Of a stretch of 64,000 bases of DNA, positions 31,373 through 41,313 are shown piece after piece. The translations under genes were made by a program, and so were the position numbers. This DNA comes from Candidatus Magasanikiibacteriota bacterium. Lineage in GTDB: Bacteria > Patescibacteriota > Patescibacteriia > Magasanikbacterales > UBA922. Location of the stretch: NCBI GenBank assembly GCA_016193335.1, contig JACPSK010000001.1, positions 422,962-486,961 of the forward strand, read 5' to 3'. How positions within the stretch are numbered: the stretch's first letter is position 1; each line of letters begins with the position of its first letter. The notes beneath the pieces were generated by a model, which was not told the origin of the DNA, searched no databases, and saw nothing but the letters and a program-made list of their open reading frames with translations.

Positions 31373-33991
31373 ATGGCAGCACTTTTCAGAAGAAGGGAAT
31401 CTGTACCAGAACCGCATACTGAACCAGCCGAGAACGATGGCGGAGATTTCGACGCGGACACAAAAAAATGGTTCGCGGAATTTGAGGGTGATAATCCGTA
31501 TGCCAAACCGGGCATGATGGCCAAAGTAGCCGCGTCGGACAGAGCAGACGCAGAATACAGGGCAAGAATGAAGGCTCCTGAACCAAAAAAAATGCGCGAG
31601 CCAAACAGACTGGCCAAATTTTTGGGCCTGGGAGTCTTGAGAAATTGGGAAAAAGAAGCTGCGTGGCTTGAAGAGCAGGAAAAGATGAACAGAGAAACAG
31701 CGGAACGCATAGCCGCTGAGCATACGGTGGAACAAAATCTTAAAAGGGCCGGCGAAGAGGCCGAAGAGACTCAAGCGGCCCTAAGACAAGCTCAAGGTAA
31801 GGCTGGTGAAGGAACCCCCGGGGCTCTGCGCCTCCGTGTATTATCTGGGGAAGCAAGACAAAATAAAAGAGCTCTAACATTTGCGGCCAGGAATGCCAGG
31901 GCAGAGCTTAGAATGGTAAGACCGGTAGACCCCAAAAGCGTCCCCGAGAAACGTATTCAAGAGCTTCTCGACGAGGCTGAAGACGAAGATACACTTTCCT
32001 ACGGCCAAGACGGGCATATGCCTTTTGAGTCTTCAGGACAAAAACCAAAAGCAGAAGATACTCAACAAGCCAACGCAGAAAACGCCGAAGACCCAGCTCT
32101 GGAAACTGTAAAAGCAGAGCTCTTGGCCATGTTTAAGGCGGAAGAAAACGAAGGTGTGCATCCTGAAGTCTTGGCAGACGATATAGTAAAGAGTGATTTT
32201 GTGCTTGGGGATCCTGAGCAGGCTCTCAAAGCTCTCTCTGATACCATTAGTGGACTCAAAAAAGGATTGCTAAAAAGAGGCATACGCGTAAGTGAGGAAG
32301 GCACCGTACTTCTTGATAAAGGATCCACGCGAGAAAAGCATCGGGAATATGAAAAACACAGAAAAACAGTGGATTGGCTGCAGGCTCTGATACTTGCGAA
32401 GGAGAAACTGGAGGCTAAGCAAGATACAGATGTGGCGGCTGGTGAAGATGACGATGACCAGCAAGAAAATCAAAATGCAGAATCAGATAATGCAAGAACA
32501 AGCGACAGAAAAAGTGAGGAAACTGAAGAGGGCGAAGGCGCGGAAAAAACTCTAACAGCAGAAGATCTCCTCGCGCAGATTGACATGGACGGAGAGCTCG
32601 TGGATGTGGTGCACCAACTGGCAAAGTTCGACGCATTGGACACTTCCAACACCGCAGGCCGACACCATGTTGATGATCTAATTGCCGAATTAAAAATAGA
32701 TCTTGAAGACCAAGGATATGAATTCGATGAAACAGGAGCAATAAAGCTTGATGATGAATCGAACCCAGTAACCGGAATAAAATACAAAAATCCCGATGAT
32801 AAAGGAAAAATAAAACTTCTACAAGGCTTATACGAAATGAGAGAACTCGAATCTTCTTCTCGCAAACAAAACGACGCCGTGGGATACGGCGAAGGCCAAG
32901 AATTTCCTTTTGATTCTTCCACTCCGGAAGAATATATAGGAAAAGAAGCGGACGAAGACGTTAAAAGACTCGCCTTGCGGATAAAAAACATGAAAAAAAT
33001 ATCAAATCCGCATGAAGGTCTTAAACGCAGGATCGCGGAGTTGCAGGGAGAACTGAGAGATTTAAAAAAAGGCAAAAAGAAAAAAACAGACCCGGAAAAA
33101 CCTCAAGCTACCCTTCACGAACAAACAGATATAGCAAGAGATGGAGAAGATGGAAACAGACCTTCAGAACTTGCGCCAGACCTGTCTGTTGAAAACGCTC
33201 AAGGAGACCATACGGAAGAAGACCCGAAAGAAATTGCTCTACGAAAGGTAAAAGCAGAGCTCTTGGCCATGTTTAAGGATGGGGATAATGAAGGCGTGCA
33301 TCCTGAAGTATTGGCAGGCGATATATTGGACAGTGATTTTATGCTAGAGGATCCCAAACTCGCGCTTGAGGCAGTGTCTGACTCAATTAGTGGTCTGAAA
33401 GATGGTCTCTTGAAAAGAGGCATACGAGTAAGTGACGAAGGAGCTGTCCTGCTTGATAAAGGATCTACCCGCGAACAAAACCCGAAGCACGAAAAACACA
33501 GAAAAACAATAGATTGGTTACAGGCTTTTATTAAGGTAAAAGAAAAACTAGAAAGACAATTGCAAAATCAAAACGACAAAGCCACAGCCTACGGCGAAGA
33601 CGGAGAAATGCCTTTCGAATCTCCAAAACTAAGCTTAGACGAGCGGATAAAACGGCTTACTCTGCGCGTAGAAACCATGAAAAAAATAACAAAGAAACCA
33701 CATGAAGGTCTTAAACGCAGGATCGCGGAATTGGAAGAGAGATTGGAAGCACTCAAAATGAAAAAAACAAAAGAAAAAGAAACCCAAGAACCTAAATCAG
33801 AACTTGCAGGCCGCCAAAAACCCCGAAGTACAAAGAAAGACGATATCCGAGCTCTTGGAGAAGAAATACAAAAATTGGATATCGAAGAGTTGGCCGAACG
33901 GCATAGAAACCCGCGGCGTGCCTTAGTCAGACAAAGCGGACCAAAAAGAGGGGCAGATGGAGACAAGGATACGCTTAAAAAAGCGGCCTGA
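31373..33991 (+). CDS. 872-aa acidic orphan protein with internal repeats
   Basis: Long ORF containing a duplicated ~105-aa domain and shorter repeats. Confidence 0.8.
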   Translation: MAALFRRRESVPEPHTEPAENDGGDFDADTKKWFAEFEGDNPYAKPGMMAKVAASDRADAEYRARMKAPEPKKMREPNRLAKFLGLGVLRNWEKEAAWLEEQEKMNRETAERIAAEHTVEQNLKRAGEEAEETQAALRQAQGKAGEGTPGALRLRVLSGEARQNKRALTFAARNARAELRMVRPVDPKSVPEKRIQELLDEAEDEDTLSYGQDGHMPFESSGQKPKAEDTQQANAENAEDPALETVKAELLAMFKAEENEGVHPEVLADDIVKSDFVLGDPEQALKALSDTISGLKKGLLKRGIRVSEEGTVLLDKGSTREKHREYEKHRKTVDWLQALILAKEKLEAKQDTDVAAGEDDDDQQENQNAESDNARTSDRKSEETEEGEGAEKTLTAEDLLAQIDMDGELVDVVHQLAKFDALDTSNTAGRHHVDDLIAELKIDLEDQGYEFDETGAIKLDDESNPVTGIKYKNPDDKGKIKLLQGLYEMRELESSSRKQNDAVGYGEGQEFPFDSSTPEEYIGKEADEDVKRLALRIKNMKKISNPHEGLKRRIAELQGELRDLKKGKKKKTDPEKPQATLHEQTDIARDGEDGNRPSELAPDLSVENAQGDHTEEDPKEIALRKVKAELLAMFKDGDNEGVHPEVLAGDILDSDFMLEDPKLALEAVSDSISGLKDGLLKRGIRVSDEGAVLLDKGSTREQNPKHEKHRKTIDWLQAFIKVKEKLERQLQNQNDKATAYGEDGEMPFESPKLSLDERIKRLTLRVETMKKITKKPHEGLKRRIAELEERLEALKMKKTKEKETQEPKSELAGRQKPRSTKKDDIRALGEEIQKLDIEELAERHRNPRRALVRQSGPKRGADGDKDTLKKAA

Positions 33992-34002
33992 AATTTTATA
34001 TT

Positions 34003-34875
34003 ATGAGAGCGTATCTCGATATAGTCGACAAAATTTTAAAAGAAGGAAAAGAAAAAAAAGACAGAACAGGCGTGGGCACCCTGGCCGTGGCCGGAGCCAT
34101 GTTTGAGCATGACATGGCAAAAGGTTTTCCTCTTCTCAGCACCAAAAAAATGCCTTTTAAAATCATAGCCACTGAACTTGAATTTTTCATAAAAGGCATC
34201 ACAGACAAACAGTGGCTGCAAGAGCGGGGCAACCATATTTGGGACGAATGGGCGCATCCCAAAAAAGCTCCTTATGGACATGACGAAGCATCAAGAAAAC
34301 GGATGGCCGAAGAAAGAGATTTGGGAGCGGTGTATGGTTTTCAATGGCGGCATTACAATGCTCTATACCAAAATTATGATTCCGATTACTCGGGCCAGGG
34401 AGTGGACCAGCTCAGATACGTAACAGACACGCTCAAAAAAAATCCAAACGACAGACGCATGATCGTATGCGCATGGAATCCTTCCATGCTCAATGAGATG
34501 GCTTTGCCGCCTTGCCACTTTGTGTTTCAGGTGACCGTAATAGAAAACCGATTGAATCTTATGTGGAACCAACGTTCGGTGGATCTTATGCTCGGTCTGC
34601 CCTTTAACATAGCAAGCTATGCTTTATTACTACATCTTCTGGCAAAAGACGCTGGCCTAAAAGAAGGCAGACTCGTTGGCTTCTTGGGCGATGTACATAT
34701 ATATCTCAATCACATTGAGGGAGCCAAAGAACAACTTTCAAGGGACCCTGGGACACATCCCCTCTGTTCAATTGAAACCCAGCCTTTTACTTCGATATTC
34801 GACTGGCAAGCAGAGCATACAAAACAAATCGGGTACACCAGCTATCCAAAAATCAGCTTTGAAATAGCGATATAA
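34003..34875 (+). CDS. thyA: thymidylate synthase
   Basis: DRTGVGT, YGFQWRH, MALPPCH and QRSVDLMLGLPFN. Confidence 0.96.
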   Translation: MRAYLDIVDKILKEGKEKKDRTGVGTLAVAGAMFEHDMAKGFPLLSTKKMPFKIIATELEFFIKGITDKQWLQERGNHIWDEWAHPKKAPYGHDEASRKRMAEERDLGAVYGFQWRHYNALYQNYDSDYSGQGVDQLRYVTDTLKKNPNDRRMIVCAWNPSMLNEMALPPCHFVFQVTVIENRLNLMWNQRSVDLMLGLPFNIASYALLLHLLAKDAGLKEGRLVGFLGDVHIYLNHIEGAKEQLSRDPGTHPLCSIETQPFTSIFDWQAEHTKQIGYTSYPKISFEIAI

Positions 34876-34877
34876 AT

Positions 34878-35351
34878 ATGTCCATATCTCTCATCGCGGC
34901 TGTGTCCAAAAATAATTGCATCGGAAAAAATGGCGAGCTCCCTTGGCATATTCCCGAAGATATGAAGCATTTTAAAGAAAAAACAATGGACACTGTGGTT
35001 ATAATGGGTAGAAAAACCTGGGAATCCATACCCGAAAAATTCAGGCCTCTCAAAGGACGCAAAAATGTTGTTATTACCAGACAAGATCAATATCCTGCTC
35101 CGCTTGGAGTGGAGATACACCATAGTCTGGACAAGGCTTTGGAAGCTCACCGAAATGAAAAAATTGCCATTATCGGCGGCGGCCAAATGTATGATCTGAG
35201 TATTGATAAAGCAAATCTGCTCTATATCACTCATGTGGACCGTGTAGTGGAAGGAGACACCTTTTTCCCTGATATTGACAAGAATGCGTGGAGAGAGACA
35301 GAGCGAGAAAACAGAGAAGGATTTTCCTTTGTAACATATGAAAGAATATGA
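34878..35351 (+). CDS. folA: dihydrofolate reductase
   Basis: IGKNGELPW, MGRKTWES, RPLKGR, IGGG and GDTFFP. Confidence 0.96.
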   Translation: MSISLIAAVSKNNCIGKNGELPWHIPEDMKHFKEKTMDTVVIMGRKTWESIPEKFRPLKGRKNVVITRQDQYPAPLGVEIHHSLDKALEAHRNEKIAIIGGGQMYDLSIDKANLLYITHVDRVVEGDTFFPDIDKNAWRETERENREGFSFVTYERI

Positions 35352-36025
35352 AAGGATTGTTCATCATGATAGAAGGGACGGACGGCTCAGGAAAAACCGT
35401 TCAGACCGAACTTCTCAGCGAACGCATCAAAAAAAACGGCCGCCGCGTTGAATTGATCAGTTTCCCTCAATACGGAAAACGCAGCGCCGCTCTTGTGGAA
35501 GATTATTTAACCGGTAAATTCGGCAAAGCCGAAGAAGTGGGGCCTTACCGCGCCTCTATTTTTTATGCTTGCGACCGCTACGCCGCGAGCGAACAGATAC
35601 GACAATGGATCAGAGAAGGATCAATTGTCATAGCAAACCGTTATGTGGCCTCAAATTTAGGCCACCAAGGCGGGAAAATTAAAGATAAAAAAGAGCGGAG
35701 GCGTTATTACGAATGGGATTATCATATAGAATATGATATTTTCAAAATCCCTAAGCCTGACGTCAATATCATATTGCATGTCACGCCCGAAATATCTCAG
35801 TCGCTCGTGGATAAAAAAGAAGCCCGCGCCTATCTGAAAGGAAAAAAGAGAGACATCCACGAAGAAGATCTCGAACACCTGGAAGACGCGGAACAAGCGT
35901 ATTTGGAGATAGCAAAATTGTTCCCTGAATTCAAACTCATTGAATGCGTGGAGTCCGGCTCCATACTTCCCGTTGAGCGCGTACAAGAACATATTTGGGA
36001 TTACGTACGCCCATATATCGAGTAA
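35348..36025 (+). CDS. tmk: thymidylate kinase
   Basis: IEGTDGSGKT, FPQY and ANRY. Confidence 0.9.
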   Translation: MKGLFIMIEGTDGSGKTVQTELLSERIKKNGRRVELISFPQYGKRSAALVEDYLTGKFGKAEEVGPYRASIFYACDRYAASEQIRQWIREGSIVIANRYVASNLGHQGGKIKDKKERRRYYEWDYHIEYDIFKIPKPDVNIILHVTPEISQSLVDKKEARAYLKGKKRDIHEEDLEHLEDAEQAYLEIAKLFPEFKLIECVESGSILPVERVQEHIWDYVRPYIE

Positions 36026-36096
36026 AAATACCGTCGTTTTATTGTTGGAGCAGACCATCTGTGCTATACTAAGAATACTTATATTTATAAAATCCT

Positions 36097-36873
36097 ATGC
36101 TTATAACAGCACGCGATTTGGTGATACAGAGTTTCCTCCTGTACAAAAAACATTGGAAACTCATGTTTCAATTTTTGGGGCTTCTCTTTATCCCCTACTC
36201 CGTACTCGGAGTTTTGGGAAGCATTATCAAGCCGGTTGTAAGCCAAAGTTCAAGCTCTCTAGTATCAGCCGGTTTCGGAGTTGGGTACACGGTGCTCGTG
36301 GTCATTGCTTCAATTATCGGTTTTTGGATTTCAATAGCTTTGACAAAAGCAATAGCTGAAATCTACAGAAATGAAAAAGAGCAGCCCAAAACAAGCGAAG
36401 AACTCGCCGATGCCAAACCTTTTGTATGGCCGGCTATATTGGCCATTGTTCTTGGAGCTCTGGCCATAATAGGTGGCTTTTTATTATTAATAATACCAGG
36501 GGTTATATTGGCGCTTTGGTTCATCTTCTCCATCGAAGCAGTCATTCTAGACGGAAGAAAATCTCCGAAAGAAGCTCTCAAAGCAAGCCGGGAACTCTCT
36601 AGGGGCCGCTTTTGGGCGGTGCTTTGGAGATTGGTGGCGCCTTGGATCGTTTTTGGACTCATAGCTTTTATACCACAGCAATTATTAAAAATAATGCTTG
36701 TCCTTATAAAACAAAATATCGCGCTCGGGTCTTTCGAATATTTCATCAGTATGAACGCTCTGCAGATATTGCTTATCATCGTAAGCCTCTTGCTTACTCC
36801 GCTTACGGTATGCGCCAAAACCATTTTGTATCTCGAACTCCGAGATACTCAGCTTCCAAAATTAAAAAAATGA
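36097..36873 (+). CDS. integral membrane protein
   Basis: About 5-6 hydrophobic segments, LLLIIPG and ALKASRELSRGRFW pattern. Confidence 0.75.
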   Translation: MLITARDLVIQSFLLYKKHWKLMFQFLGLLFIPYSVLGVLGSIIKPVVSQSSSSLVSAGFGVGYTVLVVIASIIGFWISIALTKAIAEIYRNEKEQPKTSEELADAKPFVWPAILAIVLGALAIIGGFLLLIIPGVILALWFIFSIEAVILDGRKSPKEALKASRELSRGRFWAVLWRLVAPWIVFGLIAFIPQQLLKIMLVLIKQNIALGSFEYFISMNALQILLIIVSLLLTPLTVCAKTILYLELRDTQLPKLKK

Positions 36874-36914
36874 AAAAAGAATGGTAACCATGCAACGCGC
36901 AAAAAATACCATAC

Positions 36915-36938
36915 AAAAAACCGCTCAGGCGGTTTTTT
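36915..36938. terminator. terminator after the membrane protein gene
   Basis: AAAAAACCGC-TCAG-GCGGTTTTTT. Confidence 0.65.
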
Positions 36939-37073
36939 ACATATCTGAGGATCTCTTGCAATTCCGCTCTTTTCATCCAAAAGTCTTCGTGTTACCATAC
37001 ATACGCCTTTTGTCCGAATTTGATCTGAATTCAGGGGGAATTTACTTTTGAAATGAGCCCTAATATGAAAACT

Positions 37074-38639
37074 ATGGAAACACAATACACTACTATTATA
37101 GGCATGGAGGTCCATGTTGAGCTCAAAACTGAAAGCAAAATGTTTTGTTCCTGCAAAAACACTCCTGACTCGGGAGAACCCAATAGCTCTATTTGCGAAA
37201 TCTGCACGGCTCAGCCCGGCAGTCTTCCGGTCCCGAACCGAAAAGCAGTGGAATGGACTGTCCTTATTGGCCGAAGCCTTGGCTGTACTATTCGCGAAAT
37301 TTCCAAATTCGACCGGAAGCATTATTTTTATCCTGATCTGCCAAAAGGCTATCAAATATCACAGTACGACGAACCGATCGCCGAACAAGGAAAGATCGAA
37401 CTCTCATTTCCTGTTGAAGAAAACATACGGCCGAACGCCAAGATAGGCATCCACAGGGTTCATCTCGAAGAAGACACAGCGAAATTACTGCACAACAATA
37501 AGAAAGAAACTCTCGTGGATTTCAATAGAGCGGGAACGCCTCTCGTGGAAATCGTTACTGATCCTGATTTCAAAACAGCCGTAGAAGCCAAAACCTATTG
37601 TCAGGAATTACAAATGATCATGCGCTACTTAAAAGTGAGCGACGCTGACATGGAAAAAGGGCATATGCGCTGTGAAGCCAATGTTTCAGTCCAAAAAGCC
37701 GGAACATTCGAGATTGTAGACGGAATAGTGAGAGCTCTGGGAGACCATAAACTCAACAATAAAGTGGAATTGAAAAACATAAATTCATTCAGAGCCGTGG
37801 AGCGCGCGATTGATTATGAGATAGCTCGACAAATCTCCCTGCTAGAACAAAAAAAAACCTGGGAACAGCAGACGCGAGGCTGGGACGAAGACAAACAAGA
37901 AACCGTATTGCAACGCGTTAAAGAAAATGCCGAGGATTATAGATATTTCCCCGAACCGGACATCCCGCCTTTTCACCCGGCCACCATGGGTGCAGAGAAT
38001 CCTTTGCCAGAACTCCCCCAAGCCCGCAGAGCTCGTTTTCATGAAGAATTCGGTTTTTCTTACGCGAATTCCAAACTCCTGAGTGCAGATCCTCGTTGGG
38101 CCGATTTTACCGAACAAGTCATGACAGAAATGGTAGACTGGCTCTACTCTCTCCCTGAAATGAAAAAAGAAACCAGCGACGAAATCCGAGAAAATAAAAA
38201 AAATAAAATCGCCCGTCTGGCCGGCGGATGGCTAACCAGCAAATTGATGGGTTTCATGAATGAACGCAAAATTGATATTAAAATACTAAAAATAAAACCT
38301 GAAAACTTCGCCGAATTGATAGCCTTGATATACGCCGAACGGGTCAATTCCACCAATGCCCAAAAAATCCTCATCGAAATGCTGGACTCCGGGGTTGATT
38401 CAGATCCTTCTCACATTATGGAAGAAAAAGGCTACGGACAAGTCTCAGACGAGGTGACGATTGAAAATCTGGTCAAAGAAGTGATACAAAACTATCCAAA
38501 ACAAGTTGAAGAATTCAAATCCGGGAAAGAGCCTGTGTTGAAATTCCTTGTGGGCATGGCAATGAAGGCCACGGAAGGCAGCGCTGATCCGAAAATAGTG
38601 GAAAAAAAACTCAGAGAGAAGCTACAAGATCTTATATAA
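37074..38639 (+). CDS. gatB: Asp/Glu-tRNA amidotransferase subunit B
   Basis: IGMEVHVEL, FDRKHYFYPDLPKGYQISQ, DFNRAGTPLVEIV and YRYFPEPD; the exact start among three Met codons is uncertain. Confidence 0.95.
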   Translation: METQYTTIIGMEVHVELKTESKMFCSCKNTPDSGEPNSSICEICTAQPGSLPVPNRKAVEWTVLIGRSLGCTIREISKFDRKHYFYPDLPKGYQISQYDEPIAEQGKIELSFPVEENIRPNAKIGIHRVHLEEDTAKLLHNNKKETLVDFNRAGTPLVEIVTDPDFKTAVEAKTYCQELQMIMRYLKVSDADMEKGHMRCEANVSVQKAGTFEIVDGIVRALGDHKLNNKVELKNINSFRAVERAIDYEIARQISLLEQKKTWEQQTRGWDEDKQETVLQRVKENAEDYRYFPEPDIPPFHPATMGAENPLPELPQARRARFHEEFGFSYANSKLLSADPRWADFTEQVMTEMVDWLYSLPEMKKETSDEIRENKKNKIARLAGGWLTSKLMGFMNERKIDIKILKIKPENFAELIALIYAERVNSTNAQKILIEMLDSGVDSDPSHIMEEKGYGQVSDEVTIENLVKEVIQNYPKQVEEFKSGKEPVLKFLVGMAMKATEGSADPKIVEKKLREKLQDLI

Positions 38640-38663
38640 ATAAATTTCGACAAATAATATCTT

Positions 38664-40103
38664 ATGAGACGTCGTGAATTCTTAAAAGGATTAGGGGCCG
38701 GAGCAGCTACTCTATTTTTTACTGGTGACAAAGATAACAAACCAACTCCAGCGCCAATGGAGTCCGAAACCGAGAATGAGAGAGAAAGACCTTTTAGTTA
38801 CAGTGACTTTCTGGAAGGACGCCCTGAATTTTCAAAAAACGCGGCATTGTCTGAACGCGTAGAACAAGCATGGGGAGACGGCACGGCCCTGCTCGATTAT
38901 GTGGCTGATCGCATTCCAGCTGTCATGTCCATTGATTTCCCAAAATCCAAACCTATCAACGAGCTCCTACGCAAAAATTATCCGAAAGTCGTCCCTAACA
39001 TTTTTCTGCAAGACCAGGCTGAAAATGAACTAAGACAAATAGGCCAATGGCTCAGTCTCCTCGCACATATTGCTGGCGCAGAAAGACCATACACGCCAAA
39101 GCTTGTGGACCAGGTGCTTGATTATCTCTACCAAAATAGGGGAACGGGCTTGGCTGATAGAAGTGAAAGTCACATCATGTCGCTCGAAGGCGAACTCGCT
39201 GAACATGCGCCGCAAGACTCTCGCCTACTGTCTCTCATCGAGCAAAGATACAAACAAGGAATTTCAAGCTCTTCGGGTAGTAATGACGACAGTGTTTGGC
39301 ACACAGAGGACGCCAGATTTCCAAGCACACCAGAATTAAGCTGGCTTATGGCCACAGCCGCTCGTTTGCATATGGGGTATGATGAAAAAAAATTTCGTTT
39401 AGTAGAAGAACTCGCTTACGACTTTGATACTGAAGGCAGACAAATATTCAATAACCGAATACCCGAAGTACAGGCATCACCACGAGATTTGGCTGAAGTG
39501 GCATTATACTATATGACTCCTCCAAAAAGTGAGTCAGATCGGCGACGTATTACCATGTCCGGAAATTGGGGCTTTATTGAACATGGCGCCCACGTTGTCC
39601 ATGGAGGACTGCTTCTTTTAGGAACTTACCAAAAAGAAATGGCTGATCGTGATCCTGAACTGCTCAAAAATTTACGCGCTCAGACTTACGAATCGATAAA
39701 AGAGATACTTTTCTATCGTCATTCAGACTCTATTAAAGACAAAAATAAACCTAACCAACAACGAGCGCACGAAGATTACCTCTACGGCGGCCACTTACTG
39801 CAAGCCGTGCTTGATGAACAAGCTGGCGCTATTTTTGAGATACAGGGTGAATTTTTCACCGCTCAGCAAGTCTATACCAAATACGGATCAGAGATTGCAG
39901 AACATGCGGAAAAAATAACAAAAAGTGAAAAACCTGTCACAGACTATGACGCGCTTGATGTATTAGCCACCATCGCAGATCTAGCCGCAAGCGACCTCAG
40001 ACCTGTCGTAGAACACAGCACAGCATCAAAAAGTTCGGTACCTTTTTATGTCGGCCACACCATAGCCGGGCTCAATAGATTAAGGGAAATTATAAAAAAA
40101 TAA
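38664..40103 (+). CDS. hypothetical protein with twin-arginine-like N-terminus
   Basis: 479-aa ORF starting MRRREFLKGLGAGAATLF. Confidence 0.75.
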   Translation: MRRREFLKGLGAGAATLFFTGDKDNKPTPAPMESETENERERPFSYSDFLEGRPEFSKNAALSERVEQAWGDGTALLDYVADRIPAVMSIDFPKSKPINELLRKNYPKVVPNIFLQDQAENELRQIGQWLSLLAHIAGAERPYTPKLVDQVLDYLYQNRGTGLADRSESHIMSLEGELAEHAPQDSRLLSLIEQRYKQGISSSSGSNDDSVWHTEDARFPSTPELSWLMATAARLHMGYDEKKFRLVEELAYDFDTEGRQIFNNRIPEVQASPRDLAEVALYYMTPPKSESDRRRITMSGNWGFIEHGAHVVHGGLLLLGTYQKEMADRDPELLKNLRAQTYESIKEILFYRHSDSIKDKNKPNQQRAHEDYLYGGHLLQAVLDEQAGAIFEIQGEFFTAQQVYTKYGSEIAEHAEKITKSEKPVTDYDALDVLATIADLAASDLRPVVEHSTASKSSVPFYVGHTIAGLNRLREIIKK

Positions 40104-40166
40104 ATTCAATATTTTATTTTATATGACGAAGCGACCCTGCGCAAGGATCGCTTTCTGTTTGCCCCC

Positions 40167-41069
40167 CTATTTTCGGCCGGCTTCAAAATCCAAGATCCAC
40201 TCGTTCGCCTCGGTGAACCTCTCGTAGAGCCAGGTCTTGATGGCCAGCTGATCTTCCGCCTCATCCGGCAGAACGCCAGGCGGCTCCACCAGCTCAAAAC
40301 GCACGAGAGCGCGAGTGCCCCCGTCTTGTGCTTTTCGAGCCAGCATATCCCAAGATTCGGTTTCACCATCCGGCTCAAGGCCGGGAGAAAACGCGGTGCT
40401 CATAAAGACCACCTGGGCTCCCGGAACCCCGCGGATCAAGGCCTGCGTCCCCCGGTAAGAAGGCGCGAGAGTCCGAAGGCTTTTTAGACTCAACAAAGGA
40501 TACCCCATGCCATGAAAGAAACGCAGGGCATCGGCGCGGCGGCCTCGGAAAGGCCTGCTCCTATCCGGAAAGAGCATAAAGAGCGGCGCCCGCTCACCAT
40601 TCAGGTTCGCAAGCCCTGCTTTGATAGCCGAGACCGCGGAGTCGCCCTTGCGCTTGCGGATAAACATGCCGCGAGCCAGCTTGACTCCAATGGCGAGCGG
40701 TATTGCTTGCCAGCGGTGCTTGGCGTCCGCCACCACGCGGGGCACCTTGCCACCGAACAAGTCAAGGATGTGTTCCACCATCCCCGGGATCACAGAGGTA
40801 AAGGGATGCGGGCCAATAAGCAGAATAGGTCGTTCATGGTCTATTCCCTCAAGACCCTGTGTCTCCCTTTCAACTTTCAAACCAAGGGATGGATAGCACT
40901 CCTTCATGGTCTCGACAATCCAGGACCGTACATAGGGCGCCATTTCCTTGCCCCTGATCCAAACCGCCCACAAAGCCCGCGCAAAAACCCAGCGGGTCAA
41001 AATCACCAACGCGCGCCACAAAATGCGTTTGCCGGAAACAAAATCAGGCGTTTTGCTCATCTCAGCCAT
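40167..41069 (-). CDS. divergent PlsC/LPLAT-like acyltransferase-fold protein (GC-rich)
   Basis: GLEGID..RPILLIGPH, GMFIRKR and LFMLFPDRSR resemble acyltransferase blocks I-III. SD GGAGG before ATG 41069; the alternative start is 41105. Confidence 0.55.
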   Translation of the reverse strand: MAEMSKTPDFVSGKRILWRALVILTRWVFARALWAVWIRGKEMAPYVRSWIVETMKECYPSLGLKVERETQGLEGIDHERPILLIGPHPFTSVIPGMVEHILDLFGGKVPRVVADAKHRWQAIPLAIGVKLARGMFIRKRKGDSAVSAIKAGLANLNGERAPLFMLFPDRSRPFRGRRADALRFFHGMGYPLLSLKSLRTLAPSYRGTQALIRGVPGAQVVFMSTAFSPGLEPDGETESWDMLARKAQDGGTRALVRFELVEPPGVLPDEAEDQLAIKTWLYERFTEANEWILDFEAGRK

Positions 41070-41171
41070 GTTGCGTCCCTCCGTGTTTCCTATTTCTTCT
41101 ACCATTTTCAGAGTTCTGTGTCAATCGCTCTTGCTTATTTGTTTGTATTTGTTCGATTCATTTATAAAACA

Positions 41172-41235
41172 AAAACCACCCTCGTCCGATCTACATAATT
41201 ATTATTATGAATATCGGACGTTTGAGGGTGGTTTT
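41172..41235. terminator. long hairpin, terminator-like
   Basis: AAAACCACCCTC..GTCCGAT / ATCGGAC..GAGGGTGGTTTT arms. Confidence 0.55.
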
Positions 41236-41313
41236 GATTTCTCCTGAGACAGCAGGACTCGAGCGTCGCGCAATTGCGCTTCGCGAGTTCTGCCGCCTAG
41301 TCAGGAAGCCTCT

